From positions 620,001 through 684,000 of the forward strand of contig NOWV01000001.1 in assembly GCA_003344405.1 (NCBI GenBank): DNA of 64,000 nt, read 5' to 3'. The position numbers and the translations under genes were made by a program. The DNA comes from Trichoplax sp. H2 (Eukaryota). Below, piece after piece: positions 1-28,713 of the stretch (positions are counted from its first letter, which is position 1; each line of letters begins with the position of its first letter). A model generated the notes under the pieces. The model made no database searches and was not told the DNA's origin. It saw only the letters and a program-made list of their open reading frames with translations.

Positions 1-2787
1 ATTTCGCAAGTTGATGACTGTCTAGTGCCACAATCCAACGATAGTACATCACTGTTTAAACCCAATTCGATGCGATAAGATTTAAATTTTTGACGCTTGA
101 TAATGTAACTGCGAATAGTAAAAGTTAATGATTACAACATGGAATTAGATGACTTAATGTTTTTGTATCAACGAAACCTTGCAGGTCAAATCATATATTG
201 TTAATACGGTAAGCTGGCGATGCGAGGGCAGAAAGAGTGTAATTTTGATGCGTTGAAATACATTTATAAACAGTCGTAAATAGGATATTTTGTCAGCACG
301 ACAAGAATTTTAGAATCGTTAATAGCAAGGATGACGAAATAGATTGAAAAATGTTCTGAATTCATACAAATTTTAACTAGCCAAGCAAGCTACTGCAAAG
401 ATGTAATAACTTTTTATATCTAAATTTTATCTGATAAGATTAGGATGAGCATGTTTAATGAATGACCAACTAATGAAGTAATAAATAAGTCAACTCCGTT
501 TTCTTGTGTACGAATGAATATTCATGGTTAGATCCTGCTTTCGCTGCTGTACCATATAGTATCGTTTGTTATGGTAATTTATGAGGCATATGTAAGGAGC
601 CATAATCGACAACATCGTATGTAACAATCAGTGGAAAATAAAGAAATCAGGCGTAATTTGGCTTACTATGATACAATATTTGACATTCTATATATTTTAG
701 AAGACCGAAATGAGAATCAAAAGATGCATTACAGTACAGTAATCTGCAGATATGCACGTATATACTTGCATATACTGAAATTCTATGTAAATCACTAAAA
801 TGTATAATTAGCGGCGCCGACGATATTTTAGATCCAAGCGAAATTGTAGAAATAGAGTATCGGTACTATAATCATGCCAGATGGAACGGGATAGGACATA
901 GTTCATCAGATGTTGCAGACCTCTGATTCAAGTAATTGCGTATAACACGAGTGTGAGCGCATTTTTAGTATTTGCGCTGAGATACGGGCTGCTATGCTAT
1001 CCTAAAGGTATTTTGCCGGCGCATGTGCCAAATTATACGGGTACCTTATGTAGTAGAAAATCACTTTCATGCATAAAATTCTCGCTCCTGCCAGTAGCTG
1101 CCACTCGAATATCGAGTTGGTGTTACTGGTAAGACTACACAAATCTACCAGACCATGTACGAATATAGTAACTGATGTAAAATAAAGTATTTTTGACCAG
1201 AACTGTTGCTAATACAGTATGTTGAAACGGGGTACTTGTATTAATCGTATTACTGTATATGCTAGGGATTCTCTCCTTCAGTGGCCGTCAATAAGAGGTA
1301 TTGTTCTGTTATTAGGTGAAGCACTACATTATTGCAACTTGTAAGTAGGCATTTATACCACAGTAAACATGTTCGTCTAGAGAGTGCAAGGTGGAAGTAT
1401 CTAGGTTTTTTTTACCGTAATAAAAAAATACCAAAATTTTAGAATTTATCCCTAAAATTGATTGTTTCGATCTTTTACTATTATACACGACTGATATTTC
1501 GGTTTGGGACAACTTCTAATTTGAATGGTTATGAAGATGTATCATAAAATGGTATTCGTTAGCTTGTTCATTAATTTATAACGCTTAATAGCTCTGTTTG
1601 GACCTCAAAAGGTCAGCAATAGCAGATAAGATACGCGTAAATCAATTACGAATAAGTACGTGCATTTGCTTAAGAAATCATTTTAACGTCCGTCTCTACC
1701 TATTGCACGAAATATAGATTCATCATCTGATAAAGTATTAAAGTTACTATAATTGTAGTTGCTAGAAAATGAAAATATCTGATACAATACGTGATTCAGT
1801 CACTAATTCACCACAATAATTAACATCGCATCTAAATAGATCATTATGTTATACTGTACTTTTATTCTATTTTATGATGCCTAATAAATATGCGTAGATT
1901 TATGATATTAGATAACATCTAATATAAATTAATCAAGCATTGGGCTAGTATATCTACAGCCATAATTACAATTAATTAATTATGATATTAAGGTATATTT
2001 GTATACAGTAGTCATTAAAAGGATAATATTAGCACAGTTTCCCAATGTTATCAGCGTTAGTATTGACTGTAAGAATAATATATTGTATTCGCAACTATAC
2101 ATTTCTAAGTTTTTAGTTGCAAGTTAAGCAAGGAGAATATGTACAATTATGTTAGACTTAAAATATCAATAATGATGATTATCTCACCAATAGCATGTTA
2201 CAGTCGATCGATCATAATGAAATTATAAGAATTTATACTAAAATTTATAATTTTGAATAACATTAAAATCAGAATATGATAGTTTAACTAGCAATTACTA
2301 TACAATAATACTGTAATGCGATACTAACCGTAACTAGCAAGATTTATAGTCACGACATATTACATGGTTAGGATATGAATATTGAACGCTATCTGTACGA
2401 TTTTTACATCATAATACCGGGTATATCAGAAGAGTCTCAACAATTGAATTTCTGTATCCTACGATAAGAAGTTTTACAACTTTGAGCCTTCAGATTAGGA
2501 GTTATGGTAAAATTCTTGAGTTTTTCAGCACTTTTTACATGCAGTGATTTCATTCATTTCAACATCTTCATTACGAAGAGATAACAGGTAATTGATTTTA
2601 TCAAGACAATAATTACATTACTCTAGATATTACGAAGAAAGATTAAGTTTTCGTTTCATTCTTACAAATATTTACGGATTGCCGCTGTCCAAAAATTCGG
2701 TAACTAAATCACTTCACGTTTAATCTTGAATATCGATTATAAACCCTTAACTGAGACATAGTGCCCCAGTAAGAGTTCCTTTTGTCC

Positions 2788-19556
<16,769 letters not shown>

Positions 19557-19699
19557 TTCTTTCTTCTATGCAAGGTTATTTCCTCCTATCAACAAGTAGT
19601 CACTAACAGCTAACTATTGGACATTGGTTCTTCTTCTCTTCCATATCTAGGAAATAGTCTACTGTATGCGACTGGATTGAGTATGGTATTTATGTACGT

Positions 19700-19980
19700 A
19701 TTGCGTTTTTACCGGGGGCTTGCGCAGTTTAAACAGTGCGCATACAAGAAACTGCGCACGTGCAGTGTACAGTACAGTACAGTACAGCGTAAAGTAGATA
19801 CAGTACAGTAGCACAGTATGTACTGTACAGTACTGTACTGTACAGTACAGTATTGTCCGTACATTACAGTACGGTACAGGACAGTAGACGTTTCAGCTGG
19901 ATGATACAGTACAGTTCTGTACAGTACTGTATAGTGTATAATACTGTGTTCAGTACAGTACAGTACTGTAAATAGTCCAT
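19700..19980. promoter_or_regulatory. Bidirectional promoter (otoferlin/RSPH10B) with CAGTA/TACTG tracts and NRF1-like TGCGCA sites
   Basis: Lies between divergent ATGs at 19556(-) and 20125(+). TGCGCA at 19721, 19737 and 19753 (TGCGCACGTGCA); dense (CAGTA)n and (TACTG)n at 19765-19970. Confidence 0.6.
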
Positions 19981-20124
19981 GGTCCGAGCATCCGACTCAC
20001 GCTTGAAAAGTAGTACTGCGCAAACTCGAACAGGAAACTAAGGTAGCTAATATACACTGTATATTATACAGTAGAGAGAATCATGTGATCAATATTCGCC
20101 AGTATCATAGAAACGGTAAACAAC

Positions 20125-23100
20125 ATGCCGGAGCAAACGACGATGCCAGCGACCATTACTCAAAATCAAGATGACTCCAAAGAAGTTACAAATCCTGAAG
20201 AAAATGTAAAAGATACAGAAGAGAAACCAAACGAACAGCTCCAACCAAAGCCGGATATAGATTTATACGATGAACCCAAGTTATCGGAAATCATTATCGA
20301 ATAGTAAGTACTGTGATGATAGAAAATTTTCTCCCTTCGTTTGCTTATGTTGATATCGGATTTATCCAGTATACGTTGTACAGTATACACTCATATAGCA
20401 AAGATTTATGATATGAAGTATACACTGCAAAATTTTTAGCTTCTATTGGATTTGCCTGATATTATAATTGAGATAGAATTATCATCGTGTCAGCTTGCAT
20501 TTATATAGCAGATAGAATATACTGTACAATGTACACAGTGTCCAGTACAATCAGTACGGTAATTGCTGCCTAATATGTTACGGTATGCAGTGATATGCCA
20601 AGTTAACTGCCAATGTGCGATAAATCTGCTCTATTTAGTTATGATGGCGAAAGACAGAAAGGCTTATTTCATGGATATGGTACGGCATATTTCATTGGAG
20701 GAAATATTTATCAGGTATGACATAAATGTGTGAGATCAGCGCCATGCAAAATATACGAGTCGTATATGTAAAATAGAATGCATGGGCTGATATGGAGTGT
20801 TCGACGGTAACTGTTAGGGTAAATTTAGCAAATTATTAAAAATCAGATTTAGTTTCATTATGTAACAAAATAAGCATAAGGCAAACCTTTAACATTAAGA
20901 AAAGTATTTACAAAGCGTATAAAGACATCTATGATCATTATATTTTAGGGAGAGTTTCATGAAGGAGAAATGCACGGAAGTGGTAGATACGTTTGGTATG
21001 ATGGAGTTATTTACGAGGTCAACATAATTAGACATCTAATACTCTATACAAGTAGAACAGGAATTAACTTATTTAAATTAATATGTACCAATGTAAAATT
21101 TAAACATCGATATCGGTATAAAATGGACCGGAAATTTCTTATCAATTTACGGATGTAAATTAGTGAATGGATTTGAAATTTTGATGCAGTGTTATTAAAC
21201 ATTAGGGTGACTTTAATCGTAATGAAATTACGGGAGCAGGCAAATATACATGGACGGATGGGAGGTAATGTATTGCATATATGATTAATGATATATGATA
21301 TTATACAAGCAAATTGATTGACTGATCTTCCTTCAAGATTAATGTTTTTCGCTTTTTTATCTCCTGTATTAGTCAATATGAAGGTGAAGTATACGCTGGT
21401 TTACGACATGGCAAAGGTTCTTATCGCAGCTCGTCATGTCCCTCATCATACATAGGGCAGTGGATTCTTGGAAAGCGCCAAGGATGGGTAAAATGATTCA
21501 CTATTTGTCAAACCTGATATCGATTTACGCCTGTATACCTTTTATCTAGAGTATTACATGTCCCTATTTCTTTTATGCTTTAATTAATAGGGAGTTATGT
21601 ATTATGATGTTGATGGGCTATCTTATTATGATGGCCAATGGCAAGATAATAATCGACATGGATTTGGTGTTAGACGATATCGTTCCGGGAACGTTTATGA
21701 GGGCGAGTGGGAAGACGGCTTACGTAATGGAAAAGGCACAATGAGATGGTTAGATCAGAATGAAACTTATTCCGGCATTTGGAAAGATGGCGTTCAGGTA
21801 AAAAAATAGCCTTTATGATGTGATAAGATTGATAGTGCACCGCACTTATTCCGACATTTCAATAACACATTATATAGCATAGTCTAGGCAGTTATGAATT
21901 GATTTAATATCTCTAATTTCTACATAAACCGATTTAACATAAAAATCTTATCGCTCATAGCATGGTCATGGAGTACATACCTGGTTTGTTTCTAGAGCAG
22001 TTGATACGCAGGTAAAGTAGTTTTTCCTCTATATCGCATATGTGCTAATATCTTAACATTGTATCTGAGATATAATATTGCTATTTAAAGTGAATAGCTG
22101 GTAATTAATGATATCATTTTTATATCATTTCGTTTCAGTTTCCTGTTCGTAATCAATACATTGGCAATTGGCAACAGGGAAAACGTCATGGGTTTGGTGT
22201 TTTTCATTACGCAAAGTAAGAAATGTTCTGTTTACACAAAAAAATTAAAATGCTTATGTCGGTAAATCATGATAAAATAAATAATTTTACTGTTTCCTCA
22301 GCGGCGCAAAGTATGATGGTCAATGGTCAAATAATATGAAGCATGGAAAGGTAAATTTTAGCTATCTATCCTTAAGTCAGTTCCGTTATTTTATCTATTG
22401 ATAAGTTACTTCAAGATCAGTTCTATGTAATAATAACTTGCACTTGCATATCTTACCATCAAAAGGGAAAATTCTATTTTAAGAACGGAACAGTATTCGA
22501 TGGATCTTTTGAGGAAGATCACATGGTAGAATATCCACTACATGAAGATCCCAATAACAGACCTAAATCTCCACTTGGTAGTCCCTCCAGACTAAAATCA
22601 CCGCTAGGATCTCATACAGGTTAGCAGTGATAAAGAATGGTTTCGAATAATTAACAAACATTCTGGTACTGTTATACGATGGATAGTTTCAGTACTAACA
22701 GTTTACTTATTATCGTCATAGATGAATCAATTGATGGAAGTTTCGAAAGTAATCTGTTGATAAATATTGAAAACTTACTAACTAGTACAGATGTATTCGA
22801 TATGAAAGATGAGCTTGCGAAGGTAAAATTTAAACTCATTTAGTTATCGAAAATTTTTATTACGGTACCAGATCTATAGCCCTGAGAATTAGTCTAATTT
22901 TGCAATTTATATCCTTTATCATTAAACTTAATGTTAGCTAAATAACAGCTTATCTTAGCTACAAAAGTTGGAAAATGTTATTAGTATTATTTTATATCAA
23001 AACTCGCATTTATCATATTTGATAACTAATTTACGTTCTCAACGTCTCTCAGATTCGCAACGTTATGTTGAGATACGTTAGTCCTTTGAAACGATTTTAC

Positions 23101-26026
23101 CGCTTTTACTCACGTCTTGGGCACAGCGCTTCTGTTGATAATACATTTTGTATGAGAAGATTTCAGGTAATCCGAGTGTTCCAAAGGTTAATAGTTCTAT
23201 GTCAATGTTAGGACAAATTGAATGATTGGGTTAGAATATTTACATTGCTTAAAACTATTTCATCTTGTGAAATTTCTAGTTTTGGTGTTTCCTACGTGAT
23301 TGCCACATACATCATTATGGATTAACATTAACGGATATGAATCGAATTATAGGTAAATGTAATCATAGAAACTCGCAAAATGTATCAAAAGAGCTCTTTT
23401 CTTTTAAATTCTACGAGGTTTAGCTTATTTTTATGATTATTGTTTAAGTTTAATGCAGTATTGTTATTCTAGCTAGAGCAATAAAATCTTATTTAATCAT
23501 ATCGATCTAGCAAATAATATTTCTGAGCTGGTTTAGTACAGTTACAATTATTAAATGGATTATCATACTTACTTTGTTAATTTTCCTATTAGAAAACTAA
23601 ATTTGATTTATTAGCGCAATATATAGCAGTTTAAAAATGGCCAAAATTTCAGTAGTAAGATGAGCTGACATTACGTCCACAATCTCCCTTTCAACTTGCA
23701 ATTTCTAGCAAAACATACTAACAATCGCTCAGGAGGTGAGCATGATCCTAATCAGATACTTCTCATCCGAGATTATTTCGATGCTATTGCCATTTTAGCT
23801 AGCGCTATATATGGAGCAGAATTTAATGGGTAAGAGTTATAACAATATCAAATTCGTTAAGTTTTAATGCTATAATCAACTTATATAGCTTATTATACTT
23901 CTATATTAATCGGCATACTTTGCTACTGTTATGACGTTAATAGTGATCAAGATAAATTAGCTAAATGCTTACGGAAATTAATCACAGAAAATATTCTCAA
24001 CAGTGCAACGCATGTTAAAGGTAAAGCTAAATTAATTATAATAGGAAAATAGTTTTATTTTTCGATCTGGTCATTTGATACAGATATCGCGAAATCCATG
24101 ATTAAAGATTTAACTTCACAGAGAATCATATGGATAATAATCATTTTATGGTTCATTATAGGCCCGTTTCTGCATGATTCTCGTCGATCAACAACAGCTA
24201 TGCAATTAATGCCGAGAACTCTAGAATTATTTCACAGTGTTTGCTTACATCGACAGGTAATTGCAACTAAAATTAATAGTAAGAAAATTTCCACGATATG
24301 ATAACTACCCCAATCTTAATTTAATAACAGACAATCGCTTGGAGAATGATTACGATTTATAAAGTACTTGTATTGTTGTTTCTTCAACGTCCATCACCAT
24401 TTCATGCCTTGCAAACTATTGATAGTAACATATACGTGGAAAAGCTAGCTACCTCTAGGCATAAATTGATAAATTTTCTTAAATTAAGCAAGATGTAAAT
24501 TATTCTAATTTCTTACCTGTCCTATCATGTATTATGCCGTCTGATAACGAATTTTTAAATAGAATTAGACATACACACTTTACACAGTAATAATTATCAA
24601 ACATTTTAAGATAGTTAATACAGTAAAAAAGTTACAAAGTTACAAACGATACTCTTATTAGATCAATGGTTCTATTCTTTAACCTAATTAAACTTTGCAA
24701 TTAATTTCATAAATATAGAATAACTCAAACGGCTTCACCCTAAGAATGCGGACCTTCTTACTATTACTTAAAGTAAGTGAATTAGTTAAATTTTGAAATT
24801 ATAAAATAGATATCGCTAATAAAGTAAATTTATGTCCTAAATACCTGGTTATAACGTGATTCTATAGGATTTAGGACTAATCGATGAGAATCTAACGGCA
24901 AAACATGTTATTGATATACTCGGTGCAAATAACCCTAATGCTCTACAAGATGGTGACTGTAATCTCGAAATTGAGGTAATGTAACTCATGATCGATAGGA
25001 GAATGAAACGTAACGTATATTGTTATTGGGAGCTGTAACTAACATTTATCGTTTCATTCATAATTGAGTTCTTCTATCAATTCTATTATTCTAGATGACC
25101 TTTTTAGAATTTTTCGAGGCTTTGGTATCATGCGCACCTATTAGTATCCGCTTATCATCTGATCGAGAATCCATTGTAACTAGACCATCTACAGTTATGT
25201 CAGCTAGACCTTTGTCAGAGCCGGTTAACATGGATACAGGAGCTCAAATGCAAATGGATACCTCAATTAATAGCATTACTAAAATCAACGAAACAACAGC
25301 CAACGATAACCAGACCATTCTACCAGTGGATGAAATTAAAGAATCTGTTAAAACGAGTGAAAATAGTGAAGCACAAAAACCAGGCGATACGGCTTTACTA
25401 ACTCCAGTACAATCAACTGATAGTCGGGCTGATTTTGTAGATGGCAAAAATCAAGTAAAGACAAATGCCATTACTCGAGATGATAGCATGGTATGTGCCT
25501 CATATATTTGTAATTTCATATTGTAATGGTTGATATCATTGCACTAATCAATGTTATTGTCTATTTTAGCGCAACGCTAGTGGCATAGTCCGATCCGAAT
25601 CAGGTCGAGAAATCTTTTCTGGTAAGTAAAATGTAACTGTCTAATATATCGACAGAATTCTTTTATTTGTCGACGCGAGTATTTTATCAATAATATTAGT
25701 GTATTTGCAAACATATTACTTTTTAAACAAATGTAGAGCAAATTCTTGATGAACGAGCAATTAGTCAAATTAGACCATCTTATGAAACCCCAATGAGTGG
25801 AGCATCACAGATATCTGAATCGTTACTAGAAGAAGATAAAGTAACTATGATTGCTAATCCAATTGGTACTATCCATTCCTCTGGTCGAGAATCTAACACT
25901 CACAGTTCGCCGGATGCTTATATTGCATGGGCTAAGAAGATTCACTTATTTTTTAATGAAAGACTATTTGTTGCAGCTGAACAGGCTAATCTAATTGTAC
26001 ACTCTATAAATATCGAAGATATATAA
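20125..26026 (+). CDS. RSPH10B: Radial spoke head 10 homolog B (MORN-repeat motile-cilia protein), multi-exon
   Basis: Spliced: MPEQTT...LYDEPKLSEIIIEY|YDGERQKGLFHGYGTAYFIGGNIYQ|GEFHEGEMHGSGRYVWYDGVIYE|GDFNRNEITGAGKYTWTDG|SQYEGEVYAGLRHGKG..SYIGQWILGKRQGW|..YYDGQWQDNNRHGFGVRRYRSGNVYEGEWEDGLRNGKGTMRWLDQNETYSGIWKDGVQ|HGHGVHTWF..FPVRNQYIGNW..|KNGTVFDGSFEEDHM, then NLEIE|MTFLEFFEALVSCA. The tandem MORN repeats and these motifs match RSPH10B. Last exon 25737-26026. Confidence 0.9.
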
Positions 26027-26844
26027 GATGCTCACACTGATCTTTATATTCATCATTTATAATTTTCTTGTAAATACTCAACTTTTGTAGTGTATTTGTA
26101 ATAAGTCTTTTAAATTAATGCCTAGCCAAGCTATACATAGGTGCAATTTTCGAAAAGTAAATGGTATAGAGTCATCACGAAATATACCAATAACAATCTT
26201 CTGATCTTATACTGGGTAAACTATTCTATTCCATGGATACTTAACTTAATATTGACGTTATTGCAGCGACACATGATATATCACTGATTAACATCAAATA
26301 TTTTGAATTCTAATGATTACAAAATAGAAAAACATTTCTATACCTAACTGTAGATAATCCACAGTATCTTGTTTTGTAACATTATAGCTAATTTATATCT
26401 CTTGCATTACATATTAAGTTTGTTCAATAAATTCTACAGTAGTTAAATACATAAAATAATTTTACCTTAGTATGTTTACGCATCTTATTGAACATGTTAT
26501 TGTAGGAATTAACTAAAATTCGTGGATATATTTTGCATGCAAAAGTTTTTTAAAATAACTGGTCAAATTATAAATTAATTTCAATGCTTGAGGATTTAGC
26601 AAGAAGCTATTGATGCTAAATTTAAAATTGCAGTACGAAAGTTTATATTTATAAAAGTTTATAATATCTAAACTTTAAATCATATGACTAATGCTCGATA
26701 ACATAAATATACAGACTTGAAGATTTAGTACTTTAATCCACAATAGCAAACTTCTGTATTTAGTATAGCTGAAAATGCACGGGTAATTCACAGATAATAA
26801 ATCAACCCGAGAGTTAATTACATATAGAATAAGTACCAACCGTG

Positions 26845-27100
26845 CCAAAGCGAGCATTAATTACATATTACGATAAATTTAGTACATTTGGGGAGTTAGG
26901 GTGGAATAAATTTTCCTAAGCTAATAATCATGGCCATAGGTAGGCTATTTACGATTCGATTAAAATTTAGTACTAAAGCAAGCTCTAGTTATATATCACG
27001 ATAAATTTAGAATATTTGGGAATTTAGAGTAGAGTAGATTTTCCTAAAATAATAATTATAATCGTATCGATAAACTGCATACGGTTTTGATCGGAATTCG
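26845..27100. repeat. Diverged direct tandem duplication, ~128-bp unit x2
   Basis: acgataaatttag...ttttcctaa..aataat recurs at 26870 and 26998, with matching flanks aaagcgagcattaatta / aaagcaagctctagtta. Confidence 0.7.
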
Positions 27101-27666
27101 ATACATGCATGACGAATTTGGTAGTTATTTTCTGATCAAATAATTTAGTTCTATTAGGTAATTAAGTTCTAGTGTATGTTTTAATATCCTAATTTTACAA
27201 CATTGGTTACTAAAATTGCTAAAGTGCTTTTTACTAATAGTTTATCAATGCTGTAGCTACTTGTTAGAGAGTCTCAGGTATTACTCTAAACTTTTTGTAT
27301 GATTATTTATTTTTGAAGGAGTGACTGCTAGGACTATCATAGGACATGATAGGTTAGTAATTTAGTTTAATAAGTGAGGAACATCTCGTAGAATTATTAA
27401 AATTTTTATAGCCTTAAACCCCAATAAAATTTCATATACTTTTGTAAATTGTTTTTCGAACCAGTCTTGCTAAGTATCATTTCATTTATCTTCAATGTAA
27501 ATTTACCCCTTTTCCTTCTCTGTTATTTGGCAAAGGCGAATCGAAAAATAATTTCTGTACGCCTACGTACTCGTGACTAGCAAAACTTGTGAAGTAGCTT
27601 TCTGCTTGGTGATTTTTGTGTCAAAGATGTAAATCAACCAGATTACAAATCCATTTTCTTTTACAG

Positions 27667-28367
27667 TCAAATGCCAGCTAAACCCAAGTGCCAATGACAA
27701 TTACTAATGGCAATTCAAACTCATTTCGTTGTCAATGTCGACCTGGCTATACCGGAAATAAGTGCCAAACAGGTGCATTAATAGTAACATACTTTATGTA
27801 ATGGAAATACCTATATTAGATCGTCATTATTACGTCTTCATATGCAAATAATATCGAATATGTAGCTTTTTAGCTATTAATGAATGTCTCTCGAATCCAT
27901 GTCATCATGGGAAGTGTGTTGATCTACATACTAAATATCAATGTCATTGTAATAAAGGAGTAACCAGTACAAATTGCGATCAGGGTAAGAAGAATTGTAA
28001 TTTTATGCCTGCTGTAAATATTAACAGAACGCCTTACTTAATAACTAATAGTTCCTGATTTGAAAGACAAATGTTAGCAGTTGCATAAATTTTAGCTTCC
28101 AAAGGTAGATGCAACAATTTACATTGCTATTATACGCCTGCGATATAAAGCCACCTTAATTGATTAAAATTCCTACATAAATTCTCTTTTTAGCTAAGGT
28201 ATAAGAATATACTTTTATGATAAATTTTTATATTTAAACGGTATCATTAATTAATCGCTGCCGATTAGCCTATGAAAAATCCAAAGACATGAATAAAAAT
28301 TGGTATAAAGCCAAGGACAATGTCAATTGTACAGCCGTAGCTCAAAGTTTATCAACGAGCCTTCAGG
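27667..28367 (+). pseudogene. Relic of an EGF-repeat gene: one frameshifted EGF exon, one intact calcium-binding-type EGF exon, one further Cys-containing exon-like block
   Basis: 27667-27772 after ttttacag reads KCQLNPSANDNY* and, in another frame, NGNSNSFRCQCRPGYTGNKCQT|gt. 27874-27984 reads INECLSNPCHHGKCVDLHTKYQCHCNKGVTSTNCDQ|gtaag (phase 1-1). ~28252-28367 reads NRCRLAYEKSKDMNKNWYKAKDNVNCTAVAQSLSTSLQG. No start or signal-peptide exon found. Confidence 0.6.
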
Positions 28368-28713
28368 GTAATTATTTTAATATTAATTTATTCAGCTTCT
28401 ATGACGATAGTTGAAACATTCATGTCCATTGGGGAGGTTTCAATAAAATGACTACTGGGATGAACAGGAACAAAACGCCGTAGCTAACGAATTTGCATTT
28501 CTATTTCTACAAATTTCAATGTGAAGACTTCATAATTCAAAAATTAAAATTGTTAACAGGAATGATCAAGTTTGTATAGTTTAACCGACTATTAACAAGC
28601 TCAAACATTGAATGAATAGTTGTATAGCACTTAACTAAGTTATCTACGGTACGTCAACACCCATAACGGACTATAGTAATAATTTCTGTGTTCTACAGTA
28701 ATTGATCCTCAGA

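Noticed and set aside
1..360. Possible 3' end of an upstream gene (frame ISQVDDCLVPQ..SMR* at 1-78; exon-like 185-208)
   Set aside because: Too short, no recognisable homology and no consistent splice chain.
1324..1512. 62-aa ORF and the many similar 60-100-aa ORFs in the track
   Set aside because: Intron-like composition, often non-ATG starts, or antisense/off-frame overlaps of real exons (e.g. 8729-9043, 30204-30404, 30885-31175); expected by chance.
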